A model generated the notes under the pieces. It was not told the origin of the DNA. It was given only the letters and a program-made list of their open reading frames with translations, and did no database searches. The translations under genes were made by a program, and so were the position numbers. Positions 49,301 through 62,100 of a stretch of DNA of 64,000 nucleotides are shown one piece after another. Numbering within the stretch: position 1 is the stretch's first letter; each line of letters starts with the position of its first letter. Location: contig OZ176060.1 of the NCBI GenBank assembly GCA_964247055.1, positions 1,178,001 through 1,242,000 of the forward strand, given 5' to 3'. This stretch comes from Paragordius varius (lineage: Eukaryota > Animalia > Nematomorpha).

Positions 49301-52300
49301 GGTAAAAATTGAGTAAAAACTCGATTATTTGGTAAAAATTGAGTAAAAACTCGAAAAAATGGAAAATTTTGAGTAAAAACTTAAAATATTAAGTTATTTT
49401 ACATAAGTGTGCTAAGATATTTGCTGCTCTTAAGGGTGCGTGTGATAGTGGGCTAGATATACCCCACAGGTAACTAATTTTAAAAGAAAGTTCTAGAAGT
49501 TTTTGTGTGAAAAAATGGAAAAAATTGATTAAAAACTCGAAAAATGGAGAATTTTGAGTAAAAACTCCAAAATATAGAGATTTTTGAATAAAAACTCGAA
49601 AAAAATGGGAAAAATTAAGTAAAAACTTGAAAAAATGGAAAATTTTGAGTAAAAAACTCAAAAATAAGAACAACTCGCAGTGTGCTAAGATATTTGCAGC
49701 CCTCAAGGGTGCATGTGAAGGTGGGCTAGATATACCCCACAGGTAATTAGTTTTAAAAAAGTTTTTTTAGGTTCTTGAGTGAAAAAATGGTAAAAATTGA
49801 GTAAAAACTTGAAAAAATGGAAAATTTTGAGTAAAAACTCGATTACTTGGTGAAAATTGAGTAAAAACTCGAAAAAATGGAGAATTTTGAGTCTAAAACT
49901 TAAAGATAAGAACAACGCGTGGCGCCAAAATATTTGCAGCCCCCAAGGGTGCATGTGATGGTAGGATAGATATACCCCACAGGTAATTAGATTTAAAAAA
50001 AAGTTTCAAAGGGTTTTGAGTAAAAAAATGGTAAAAATTGAGTAAAAACTCGAAAAAATACAGAATTTCGAGTAAAAACTCCAAAATATAGAGATTTTTG
50101 AATAAAAACTCGAAAAAAATGGTAAAAAATTCAGATAAAACTCGAAAAAATGGAAATTTGAGTATTAAGTTATTTTACCTAAGTGGCGCCAAAATATTTG
50201 CGGCTCTTAAGGGTGCGTGTGATGGTGGGCTAGATATACCCCATAGGTTATTAGTTTTAAAGAAGTTTTTGCGTGAAAGAATGGGAAAAATTGAGTAAAA
50301 ACTTGAAAAAATGGAGATGAGTAAAAACTCGAAAATATAGAGATTTTTGAATAAAAACTCGAAAAAATGGAGAATTTTGAGTAAAAACTCGAAAATATAG
50401 AGATTTTTGTGTAAAAACTTGAAAAATGTTATTTTTTGCGTTTTATAAAAAAAATGGTTAATTTTAACTTAAAAAGATACTATTTTGAGTAAAAACACGA
50501 AAAAATAGAGAATTTTAAGCAGCAATGAAGGTAAATTTATGAAAAATTTTTTAGAGTAAAAACTTGAAAATTGGGAAATAAATGAACAATAAGAATTTTA
50601 AAGTAAAAACTCAAAAAATGGTAAAAATGATGAAATTTGTTATAAAATTTGAAATTCAGATTTCTTTCATTGTTCTAATATTAGTAAAATTAAAAAAGTT
50701 AAATTTTTGCTTACTCAGTCAGCATTTTTTTAATTAACTAAGACAGATAAAAAAATTGATAATTTAAAATTTCAAAATACTTATTTATTTAATATTCATT
50801 AATTTTTTTATTTTTGATTTTAATTTTTAGCACAAAACGCTTCCCAGGCTACGATCCTGAAACGAAAGAATATGACGCAGAAGTGCATAGAGGGCGTATT
50901 TTTGGAGCTCACGTGGCCAGTTATATGAAAATGTTACAGGAACAGGAATCAGAATCAGCTGATGGCAAAAGTCCATTTGAGCGCCAATTTAGCCAATACA
51001 TTAAGCACGGGATAACAGCTGATGGGGTATTTATTAGTTTTTTTAAGATTAAAGTTTTTAAAGAAAGTTTTGGAAAAGTTTTCAAAAGTTCTTTAAAGAA
51101 TGTTCTAGAAAAGTTTATTGAAAAAATCCTGAAAGAATTTGAAAAAGATTTTAGTTTGAAAGTAATTAGCTGATGGTTACCATGGCAACGCACAGCTGAT
51201 GTGGTATTAGTTTTAGATTTTTAAGGTTTATAAAAATTCTTACAGAAAGTTCTAGAAAAGTTTAATAAGAAAGTATGTTTGTAAGTTTAAGAATGTTTTC
51301 AAAGAACGTTTCAATAGTTCTGTTCAAGTAATTAGCTGATGGTTACCATGGCAACGCACAGCTGATGGGATATTTATTAGTTTTTTGGATTTAAAAGTTC
51401 TGACAGAATAAAATTTTATAAAATCTAGTTCTAGGAAAGTTTTAGAAAAAGTTTTTTAAAAAAAAGTTGTTCTAAAAAAATCTTATACAAAGCCTTTTTT
51501 AAGTTCTTTAAAAAAAGTTTATAGTGAAAGTAATCAGCTGATGGTTACCACGACAACGCCGATAACATTAACTTTACGCGCCCCAAAGTAGCCAAAACAT
51601 TAGGGCGATAATAGCTGATGGAGTCAGTGTTATATTTAAAAAAAATTTTACGAATGTTCTGGAAAAGCCTTCTAAAAAAGTTTAAGTTTGAAAGTTTAAG
51701 AGAGTTTTTAAAGAACGTTTCAAGAGTTCTGTTTCAAGTAATTAGCTGATGGTTACCATGACAACGTAGGAAAATGTCTATTTGAGCGCCAATTTAGCCA
51801 ATACATTAAGCACGGGATAACAGCTGATGGGGTATCTATTAGTTTTTTTTGGATTTAAAAGTTCTGAGAGAATATTCCAGAAAAGTTTTCAAAAGTTCTT
51901 TATGAAAGTTTTATAGTTTGAAAATAATCAGCTGATGGAGGCTTAGCCAATTTAGCTAATATATTAAGCACGGGATAACAGCTGATGGGGTATTTGATTT
52001 TTTAGATTTTAAAGTTCTGAGATAAATTTTCCAAAAGCAACTCTTCAAGAAAGTTATAGAAAAGTTTATTAAGAAAGTTTGAAAGTTTAAGAATGTTTTC
52101 AAAGATTGTTTCAAGAGTTCTTGTTTTTAGCGGATGGTTACCATGACAACGCAGGCAACAGTAGATTCGAGCGCTGATTTAGCCAATACATTGAGCTCAT
52201 GATAACAGCTGATGGGGATTAGTTTTATATTTGAAAATTTTGAGATAAAGAAAGTTTAAAAAGTTCCTAAAGAAAGTTTTAGAAAAGTTTATTAAGAAAG

Positions 52301-54864
52301 TTTTAGAAATGTTTATTAAGATAATCTCAACAGAATCTAAAAAAGATTTTAGTTTGAAAGTAATTAGCTGATGGTTACCATGGCAACGCACACTGATGTG
52401 GTATTAGTTTTAGATTTTTAAGGTTTCTAAAAATTCCTACAGAAAGTTCTAGAAAAGTTTATTAAGAAAGTGTGTTTGAAAGTATAAGAGAGAGTTTTCA
52501 AAGAACGTTTCAAGAGTTCTCGTTCACATTATAATTAACTGATAGTTACCATGGCAACACATGTATCAGTCGACTTGAACGCCAATTTAGCCAATACATT
52601 AAGCACGGGATAATAGCTGATGGGGTATTTGATTTTTTAGATAAAGTTCTGAGATAAATTTTCCAAAAAGTCTTTAAGAAAATTCTATAAAAGTCTATTA
52701 AGAAAGTTTGAAAGTTTAAGAATGTTTTCAAAGATTGTTTTAAGAGTTCTTGTTTTAAGTAATTAGCGGATGGTTACCATGGCAACGCACAGCTGATGTG
52801 GTATTAGTTTTAGATTTTTTAGGTCTCTCTAAAAAATCTTACAGAAAGTTCTAGAAAAGTTTAGTAAGAAAGTTTGAAAGTTCAAGAGAGTTATCAAAGA
52901 ACGTTTCAAGAGTTTTCCTTTAAAGTAATTAACTGATGGTTACCATGACAACGCAGACAACAGCAGATTCGAGCGCTGATATAGCCAATACATTAAGCAC
53001 GGGATAACAGCTGATGGGGATTAGTTTTATATTTGAAAATTTTGAGATAAAGAAAGTTTAAAAAGTCCCGAAAGAAAGTTTTAGAAAAGTTTATTAAGAA
53101 AGTTTTAAAATTTTGATATAGTAAAAGGTTTGAAATTAATCAGCTGATGGTTGCCATGAACAACGCAGGCAACATTCGATTTGAGCGCCAAAGATGCATT
53201 AAGCTGGGGTTTTCTAAAAATTTTAAGTTAAAAAGTTTTTAGTTTGAAATTAATCAGCTGATGGTTACCATGGCAACACAAACAACAGTAGATTTAGGCG
53301 CCACATAACATTTAAATTTAATAAATAAAATTTTTATTTAAATTTTATTTAGATTGAAACAATGTATAAGAATATTTATTTTATAACTTCACTTTTATAT
53401 TTATAATTAAATTATATATTAAATATATATAGAATTTTTAAGCACTTAAATATATATTTATAATTTAATAAATTAATATTACATTTAAATAAAAAATTTA
53501 AAAATAATTAATTTTTTTTATTTTATAAATTTAGATTGAAACAATGTATAAGAAAGTTCATGAAGCAATTCGTGCCAATCCCGTTCATGAACCCAAACCT
53601 AAAAAGAAATATACCAAGCCTGGGAAAAAGTTATATTTTTAAATTATTTTTTTTATTTAAAAATATATATTTTTTAAAATTTATTTTGAAATATTTTTTG
53701 AATGAAACATATATATAATATTAATTAAATTTAAATATAATTTTATTAAATTTATATTTTTTTTAATTTAATAATTTTTATTAAATTTTTTTTTATAAAA
53801 ATATATAATTTTATAAAATTTAATTTTAAATTAAATTTATAAAATATAATATTTTTCAATTTTTTTAAAATTAATCAAAAAAATTTATCTTGAAACAAGT
53901 TTATATTTTTAATTTCAAAAAAAAATTTTTAAGTAACCCTGAAAAAATATAGCAATAAAAATTTAAATTTATTTTTTAATTTAAATAAGTTTTATCATTT
54001 TTAAAAATTATTAGTAAATAAAAAATATATAAAATTGTTATAAAACTTAAGAAATATAGTAAGCCTGGGAAAAAATTTTCAATTATTTTAAAATAATTTT
54101 AAATTTTTTAAAATTTATTTTTTAATTTTTTAAATTTTTTTAGAATGATAATTATAAATATATATTTTTTATTTTATATTTATAAATTAATTTATTTTAT
54201 ATAAATAAATATTATAGAAATACATATCTATATTAATTAAATCTAAAAGTAAATTTTAATATAAAACTTTTTAATTCAAAAAATTTTAATTTAAAAATAT
54301 ATTATATTTTAAAAATTTATTTTAGTCAAAAAATAATTTTTTTTACTACTAAAAAGAAATTGTAAGCCTGGAAAAAAGTTTTTTCTTATTAAAAAATATA
54401 GTAAATTAATAATATTTTTTATTTTTAAATAATATTTAAAAAAAAACTTTTAATTTGAAAAAAAAGTTTTAAAATAAAGAATCTTAAATTTTCAAAATTC
54501 ATTTAAAATTCAAATATAATTTTAAAAAATATATTTTTATAAAATAAATTAGATATATGAATCTATATATTTTAAATTTTTTACCTTTTTTTATTAAATT
54601 AGATTTATTTTTAAATATTTTTATTTTTTTTCAAATTTTTATTTTTAAAGGTATCATAATTTTTTTTTAAATTAAATTAATTATATATATAGATATATTA
54701 AATTTTTTATATATTTTTCATTAAATAAAATATATATATTTTAATTTTAAAGGTATCAAAAAGTTAAGTTAACTCTGAAACAAAGGAAAGCGCGCGCAAA
54801 AGAAAAACTCGGAATTCTTAAACTCAAAGCTGGAATTGTTGAGGAATCTAAAATGGAAAATTAA
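39372..54864 (+). CDS. RPL5: 60S ribosomal protein L5 (uL18), 7 exons, 314 aa
   Basis: Exons 39372-39374 (ATG only), 39401-39586, 41390-41530, 49042-49253, 50831-51026, 53535-53629, 54753-54864. Translation: [30 protein letters not shown]...[40 protein letters not shown]...[18 protein letters not shown]...[44 protein letters not shown]...[21 protein letters not shown]. These are unmistakable eukaryotic uL18 motifs. The ATG-only first exon and the intron phases (0,0,0,2,0,2) match the vertebrate RPL5 layout as recalled, apart from one missing early intron. Confidence 0.96.
41924..44009 (+). repeat. Six ~400-bp-spaced copies of the RPL5 exon-3 3' end plus donor
   Basis: (GACAAGTACG)GACTCAAGGTCGGACTTACGAATTATGCCGC.GCTTATTGTAC.GG.CT.CTG.TGGCTCGAAGG|GTTAG ending at 42001, 42403, 42791, 43248, 43650 and 44009. 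Shorter relics are at ~41725, 42920, 44215 and 44445. Confidence 0.95.
45430..45945. repeat. ~119-bp tandem repeat in RPL5 intron 3 (about 5 units)
   Basis: The unit contains AAAACAGCTGAAAAGTTTCGAAAAACAGCTGATTTTGAATGAAAATAATTAATTTTCAAAATATTATGGATATATTTTCAAGAG. Confidence 0.9.
47085..48260 (+). repeat. Five truncated copies of the RPL5 exon-4 acceptor and first ~66-75 nt
   Basis: TTAG|GTCCT.CATAAATT.GG.CT.GATAAGCATTACGCTGGTGCC.T.GTTATAGATGGCAC.GATTAT starting at 47105, 47430, 47682, 47924 and 48184. There are four more at 58100, 58350, 58617 and 58860 in the duplicated block. Confidence 0.95.
49400..50250 (+). repeat. Four copies of the RPL5 exon-4 3' end plus donor
   Basis: GC.AA.ATATTTGC.GC.C..AAGGGTGC.TGTGA..GT.GG.TAGATATACCCCA.AG|GT ending at 49469, 49742, 49982 and 50246. 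Two more end at 59647 and 59919. Confidence 0.93.
51165..53310 (+). promoter_or_regulatory. Array of 11 RFX X-box-like palindromes (GTTACCATG(G/A)CAAC and variants), each next to an (N)AGCTGATG E-box-like word, interleaved with exon-5 3'-end echoes
   Basis: Motif starts at 51176, 51342, 51544, 51752, 52137, 52374, 52545, 52773, 52939, 53150 and 53264. The sequence match to the RFX/DAF-19 consensus GTTNCCATGGNAAC is direct; function is not shown. Confidence 0.55.
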
Positions 54865-54999
54865 TAAATAATTTTTTGGAAATTAAATAAATTTAATTAA
54901 ATTTAATTAAATTTTAATTAATAAATTTAAATAAATATATATATATAATAATAATTAATTGGGATTAAATTTGATCAGCTGTTTTTTAAAAAAAATTTA

Positions 55000-55770
55000 T
55001 AAAAAATCTTAAACTCAAAGCTGGAATTGTTGAGGAATCTAAAATGGAAAATTAATAAATAATTCTAGAAAAATTTAATAAATAAATTAATTTTTGAAAA
55101 TAATTAATAAATTTTTGAAAATGATTTATAAATATTTAAATTTATAAATATTAATATATATTAATTAATTAAAATTTTATTTGAACAGCTGTTAAAAAAT
55201 ATTTATAAAGAATTTTAAACTTAAAGCTGGAATTGTTGAGGAATTTAAAATGGAAAATTAATTATTAATATTTTTATAAATATTTAAATTTATAAAAATA
55301 ATTAATAAATTTTATTAAATCATATATATATATATAATTGATAAATTAATTGTAATTAAATCTAATCAGCTGTTTTATTTTAAAATGGATTTTTTTTGAA
55401 AATTATTAACATTTTTATAAATAATTAAATTAATAAAATAATAAATTTAAATAATTATTATTTATATATATAATTATATTTTAATTAATTGGAACTATAT
55501 CTAATCAGCTGTTTTAAAAAAACTAATAAAAAATCTTAAACTCAAAGCTGAAATTGTTGAGGAATATAAAATGGAAAATATAAATAATTCTAGAAAAATT
55601 TAATAAATAAATTTATTAATTTTTGAAAATAATTAATAATTTAAATAAATATATATATATATATATTAATAATAATTAGAAATATATGATCAGCTGTTTT
55701 TTCAAAAAAAATGATAAAATCAACTCAACTGGAATTGTTGAGGAATTTAAAATGGAAAATTAATATTTTT
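55000..55770 (+). repeat. Four copies of the RPL5 terminal coding segment and stop downstream of the gene
   Basis: CTTAAACTCAAAGCTGGAATTGTTGAGGAAT.TAAAATGGAAAAT(T)AA variants at ~55008, 55213, 55535 and 55722, each followed or preceded by (T/A)CAGCTGTT. Confidence 0.9.
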
Positions 55771-55884
55771 TTTTAAATATTATAAATAAATTAATATATT
55801 TATAAATAATTAAATTTATAAATTTTAATCAATATATATGAATTAGAACTAATATATGATCAATTTTCAAGAGATTGAAGTATA

Positions 55885-57190
55885 AAAAACAGCTGAAAAG
55901 TTTCGAAAAACAGCTGATTTTGAATAAAAATAATTAATTTTAATTTACTTTGATATGATATATTTTCAAGAGATTAAAATTAGTTTGAGAAATTGTTAGT
56001 TTTCAAAAAAACAGCTGAAAAGCTTCGAAAAACAGCTGATTTTGAATGAAAATAATTAATTTTCAAAATATTATGGATATATTTTCAAGAGATTAAAATT
56101 AGTTTGAGAAATTGTTAGTTTTCAAAAAAACAGCTGAAAAGTTTCGAAAAACAGCTGATTTTGAATGAAAATAATTAATTTTCAAAATATTATGGATATA
56201 TTTTCAAGAGATTAAAATTAGTTTGAGAACTTGTTAGTTTTCAAAAAAACAGCTGAAAAGTTTCGAAAAACAGCTGATTTTGAATGAAAATAATTAATTT
56301 TCAAAATATTATGGATATATTTTCAAGAGATTAAAAGTAGTTTGAGAACTTGTTAGTTTTCAAAAAAACAGCTGAAAAGTTTCGTAAAACAGCTGATTTT
56401 GAATGAAAATAATTAATTTCAAAATATTATGGATATATTTTCAAGAGATTGAAGTATAAAAAACAGCTGAAAAGTTTCGAAAAACAGCTGATTTTGAATG
56501 AAAATAATTAATTTTCAAAATATTATGGATATATTTTCAAGAGATTAAAATTAGTTTGAGAAATTGTTAGTTTTCAAAAAAACAGCTGAAAAGTTTCGAA
56601 AAACAGCTGATTTTGAATGAAAATAATTAATTTTCAAAATATTATGGATATATTTTCAAGAGATTAAAAGTAGTTTGAGAACTTTTTAGTTTTCAAAAAA
56701 ACAGCTGAAAAGCTTCGAAAAACAGCTGATTTTGAATGAAAATAATTAATTTTCAAAATATTATGGATATATTTTCAAGAGATTAAAATTAGTTTGAGAA
56801 ATTGTTAGTTTTCAAAAAAACAGCTGAAAAGCTTCGAAAAACAGCTGATTTTGAATGAAAATAATTAATTTTCAAAATATTATGGATATATTTTCAAGAG
56901 ATTAAAATTAGTTTGAGAAATTGTTAGTTTTCAAAAAAACAGCTGAAAAGTTTCGAAAAACAGCTGATTTTGAATGAAAATAATTAATTTTCAAAATATT
57001 ATGGATATATTTTCAAGAGATTAAAATTAGTTTGAGAAATTGTTAGTTTTCAAAAAAACAGCTGAAAAGTTTCGAAAAACAGCTGATTTTGAATGAAAAT
57101 AATTAATTTTTAAAATATTATGGATATATTTTCAAGAGATTGAAGTAAGAACTTGTTAGTTCTCAAAAAACAGCTGATTTTGAATAAAAA
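55885..57190. repeat. ~119-bp tandem repeat, expanded copy (about 11 units) at the start of the duplicated RPL5 block
   Basis: CAGCTGAAAAG recurs at ~55891, 56013, 56131, 56250, 56369, 56464, 56583, 56702, 56821, 56940 and 57059. Confidence 0.93.
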
Positions 57191-57795
57191 TAATTAATTT
57201 TAAAATTTAATTTAATTTGATATTATATGATTAAAATTATATATTGTGACGAGTGTTTTAAAACAACACTCATATGATTTTGATAGGAAGAGTATGAATT
57301 AATTTTTATAATAGTTTTTTTTATTTTCATTTAAATTTTTAGTCAATATATAAAATATAATTTTATTATATATATATTTAAATTATTATTCTCTATATTT
57401 TTTCATATATATTTTTATTAATATTTAATAATTATTATTAATATATAATTGTTAATTTTCAATATTTTTTTAAATTTTTTTTGATATATATATACATGAT
57501 AATTGGTTAATTTTTTTTCGATTTTGTCCACTTTTTTTCGTCTAACAACGCTTGTTTAAAAAAGTATTTTATACAAAAAAAATTATTAAAATTTTTCTAA
57601 AATTTTTACTTTTCATTAAATGATTTTTAATGATTAATTTATTTTTTATTAAATGATTTTTAATGATTTTATATCCTACCTATGCTCAATTTTTAAATCT
57701 TTATATGATAATAAAATTTTGTTTTTTTAATTCTAAACATTTTTAATCATTTTTGATGATTTTCAATGATTTTTATAAAAAATTTTAAATTCTTG

Positions 57796-57830
<35 letters not shown>

Positions 57831-59161
57831 TTTTTATGAAATTTTTTTATATATATGATAATTGATATTTTTTTTTGAGTTTAAAACTGTTCTGTTTTTC
57901 GAATAAAACTCAAAAAAAATTTAATCATTTTTCAGAATTTTAACTTTTTAAGCATTTTTTAGGCAATTTTTTCCATTTTTTTTGCAAATAACTCATATTT
58001 TTCCCTCAATTTTAAAGAATTTATAGTTTTTTATAATTTTTTTTTAAATTTTGAGTAAAATTTTATTTAATTATCTTTAAACTTTTTTTCTTGCCTTAGG
58101 TCCTTCATAAATTCGGCCTAGATAAGCATTACGCTGGTGCCGTTGTTATAGATGGCACTGATTATTTAATATGAAAAGATTTTAAATTGAAAATAATTTT
58201 TTTTTGCAAATTTCATGAATATTTTTATTTTTAATGATTTTTTTTTAACTTTTTATAGTTTTTTTTTTCAATTTTTCCTAAATTTTCATTAATTTTTTTA
58301 AATTTTATTATAGATTTTTTAATCATTTTTTTTACTTTTTTTTCCTTAGGTCCTCCATAAATTCGGCCTTGATAAGCATTACGCTGGTGCCGTAGTTATA
58401 GATGGCACAGATTATTTAATATGAAAAGATTTTAAATGGAAAATATTTTTTTTGCAAATTTAAACTAAAAGTTGATGGGTTTTATTAAAAAACTTTTTTT
58501 GTGGAAAAAATTTTAAATATTTATTATTTTTGATGATATAAATATGTATTTTAGCAGTTTTTAAGCAATTTTCTTCATTTTTAAAGATTTTTAATCTTTT
58601 TACTTTTTTTCCTTAGGTCCTCCATAAATTCGGCCTAGATAAGCATTATGCTGGTGCCGTAGTAATAGATGGCACGGATTATTGTGTTGAAAAGATATAA
58701 ATTTGAAAATAAAAAAGATTGATTTTAATTGCAAATTTCATGAATATTTTTATTTTTAATGATTTTTTTTAACTTTTTATAGTTTTTTTCAATTTTTATT
58801 AATTTTTATAAATTTTATTATAGATTTTTGAAGATTTTTTTTACTTTTTTTTTCCTTAGGTTCTCCATAAATTCGGCCTAGATAAGCATTACGCTGGTGC
58901 CGTTGTTATAGATGGCACTGATTATTGTGTTGAAAAGATATGAATTTGAAAATAATTTTTTTTTGCAAATTTAAACTAAAAGTTGATGGGTTATATTAAA
59001 AAACATTTTATTTGTGGAAAAAACTCCAAAAAATTTATTATTTTTGATGATTTAAGCAGTTTTTAAGCAAATTTCTTCATTTTTAAAGATTTTTAATCAA
59101 TTTTGATGATTTTCAATGATTTTTATAAAAAAAAATTAATTTTTTTTTCAAAAATTCTTAG

Positions 59162-62100
59162 GTCCTCCATAAATTCGGTCTGGATAAGCATTACGCCGGT
59201 GCCGTTGTTATAGATGGCACGGATTATTGTGTTGAAGACGATGTTAACAATGAAAACGCTCCTGGGGCTTTTAAATGCCCCTTGGATGTCGGGCTGGCTC
59301 GAACTACGCGTGGCGCCAAAATATTTGCAGCACTTAAGGGTGCGTGTGATGGTGGGCTAGATATACCCCATAGGTATTTAGTTTTAAAAGAAAGTTCTAG
59401 AAGTTTTTGAGTGAAAAAATGGTAAAAATTGAGTAAAAACTCGAAAAAATGGAAAATTTTGAGTAAAAACTCCAAAATATAGAGATTTTTGAATAAAAAC
59501 TCGAAAAAAATGGGAAAAATTAGGTAAAAACATGAAAAAATGGAAAATTTTGAGTAAAAAACTCAAAAATAAGAACAACTCGCAGTGTGCTAAGATATTT
59601 GCAGCCCTCAAGGGTGCATGTGAAGGTGGGCTAGATATACCCCACAGGTAATTAGTTTTAAAAAAGTTTTTTTAGGTTCTTGAGTGAAAAAATGGTAAAA
59701 ATTGAGTAAAAACTTGAAAAAATGGAAAATTTTGAGTAAAAACTCGATTACTTGGTGAAAATTGAGTAAAAACTCGAAAAAATGGGAAAAATTAAGTAAA
59801 AACTTGAAAAAATTGAAAATTTTGAGTAAAAAACTCAAAAATAAGAACAACTCGCAGTGTGCTAAGATATTTGCAGCCCTCAAGGGTGCATGTGATGGTA
59901 GGATAGATATACCCCACAGGTAATTAGATCTGAGATCTTTTAGAAAGTTCTAGAAGTTTAAGGTTTTTGCGTAAAAAAATGGTAAAATTTGAGTATAAAA
60001 TCAAAAAAATACAGAATTTCGAGTAAAAACTCCAAAATATAGAGATTTTTGACTAAAAACTCGAAAAAATGGAGAATTTTGAGTAAAAACTCGAAAATAT
60101 AGAGATTTTTGAGTAAAAACTTGAAAAATGTTATTTTTTTGCGTTTTATAAAAAAATGGTTAATTTTAACTTAAAAAGATACTATTTTGAGTAAAAAACA
60201 CCAATGAAGGTAAATTTATGAAAATTTTTTAGAGTAAAAACTTGAATGGGAAATAAATGAACAATAAGAATTTTAAAGTAAAAAACTCAAAAAATGGTAA
60301 AAATGATGAAATTTGTTATAAAATTTTAAATTCAGATTTCTTTCATTGTTTTAATATTAGTAAAATTGAAAAAGTTAAATTTTTGCTTACTCAGCATTTT
60401 TTTAATTAAGGTAAGACAGATAAAAAAATAATTTTTAAAATATCAACACATTTTTTGATAATTTAAAATATCAAAATACTTATTTAATATTCATTAATTT
60501 TTTTATTTAATTTTAATTTTTAGCACAAAACGCTTCCCAGGCTACGATCCTGAGACGAAAGAATATGACGCAGAAGTGCATAGAGGGCGCATTTTCGGAG
60601 CTCACGTGGCCAGTTATATGAAAATGTTACAGGAACAGGCATCAGAATCAGCTGATGGCAAAAGTCCATATGAGCGCCAATTTAGCCAATACATTAAGCA
60701 CGGGATAACAGCTGATGGGGTATTTATTAGTTTTTTAAGATTAAAGTTTTTAAAGAAAGTTTTGGAAAAGTTTTTAAAGTTCTCAAAGAATGTTCTAGAA
60801 AAGTTTATTAGGAAAAATCCTGAAAGAATTTGAAAAAGATTTTAGTTTGAAAGTAATTAGCTGATGGTTACCATGGCAACGCACAGCTGATGTGGTATTA
60901 GTTTTAGATTTTTTAGGTCTCTAAAAATTCTTACAGAAAGTTCTAGAAAAGTTTATTAAGAAAGTGTGTTTGAAAGTATAAGAGAGAGCTTTCAAAGAAC
61001 GTTTCATGAGTTCTCGTTTAAAGTAATTAGCTGACGGTTACCATGACAACGTAGGAAAATGTCCATTTGAGCGCCAATTTAGCCAATACATTAAGCACGG
61101 GATAACTGCTGATGGGGTATTAGTTTGATTTTTTAGATAAAGTTCTGAGATAAATTTTCCAAAAAGTCTTTAAGGAAATTCTATAAAAGTTTATTAGGAA
61201 AATTTTGGGTAATTTGAAAAAGTTTAAAAGTTTAGGAAAGATTTTAAAAATGTTTCAAGAGCTCACATTAAGTAATTAACTGATGGTTACCATGGCAACA
61301 CATGCATCAGTTGATTTGAACGCCAATTACGGGATAACAGCTGATGGGGTATTTCATTTATATTTATAAAAAGTTATCTAGAAAAACTCTGGAAAAGTTT
61401 CCAATAAGTTCTTTAAGGAAATTTTTAAAGTTTTAGAAAATCTGAGAAAAAGTTTTCATTTAAAAATAATCAGCTGATGGTTACCACGACAACGCCGGTA
61501 ACATTAACTTTACGCGCCCCAAAGTAGCCAAAACATTATAGGGCGATAATAGCTGATGGAGTCAGTGTTATATTTAAAAAAATTTTTACGAATGTTCTGG
61601 AAAAGCCTTCTAAAAAACTTTATTAAGAAAGTTAAAGTTTGAATTTAAGAGAGTTTTTAGGGAACGTTTCAAGATCTCGTTTAAAGTAATTAGCTGATGG
61701 TTACCATGACAACGCAGACAACAGCAGATTCGAGCGCTGATTTAGCCAATACATTAAGCACGGGATAACAGCTGATGGGGTATTTGTTTGATTTTTTTTA
61801 AGAAAGTTTTTAAAAGTTTATAAAGTTCTCAAAGAATGTTCTAGAAAAGTTTATTAGGAAAATTTTGGGTAATTTGAAAAGTTTAAGAAAGATTTTAAAA
61901 ATGTTTCAAGAGTTCCCATTATAATTAACTGATAGTTACCATGACAACGCAGGCAACAGCAGATTCGAGCGCTGATATAGCCAATACAAGCACGGGATAA
62001 CAGCTGATGGGGTATTAGTTTTTTTGGATTTAAAAGTTCTGATAAAAAGAAAGTTTATAAAAAGTTTAATAAGAATGTTCTAGAAAAGTTTATTAGGAAA

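Noticed and set aside
42595-60833. ORF-track entries overlapping RPL5 echoes and exons (42595, 43546, 43830, 49389-50298, 50814, 50921, 52197, 52546, 53536, 59224-59883, 60576)
   Set aside because: They are read-through from intron into an exon or echo, off-frame or antisense translations of the same repeats, and not independent genes.
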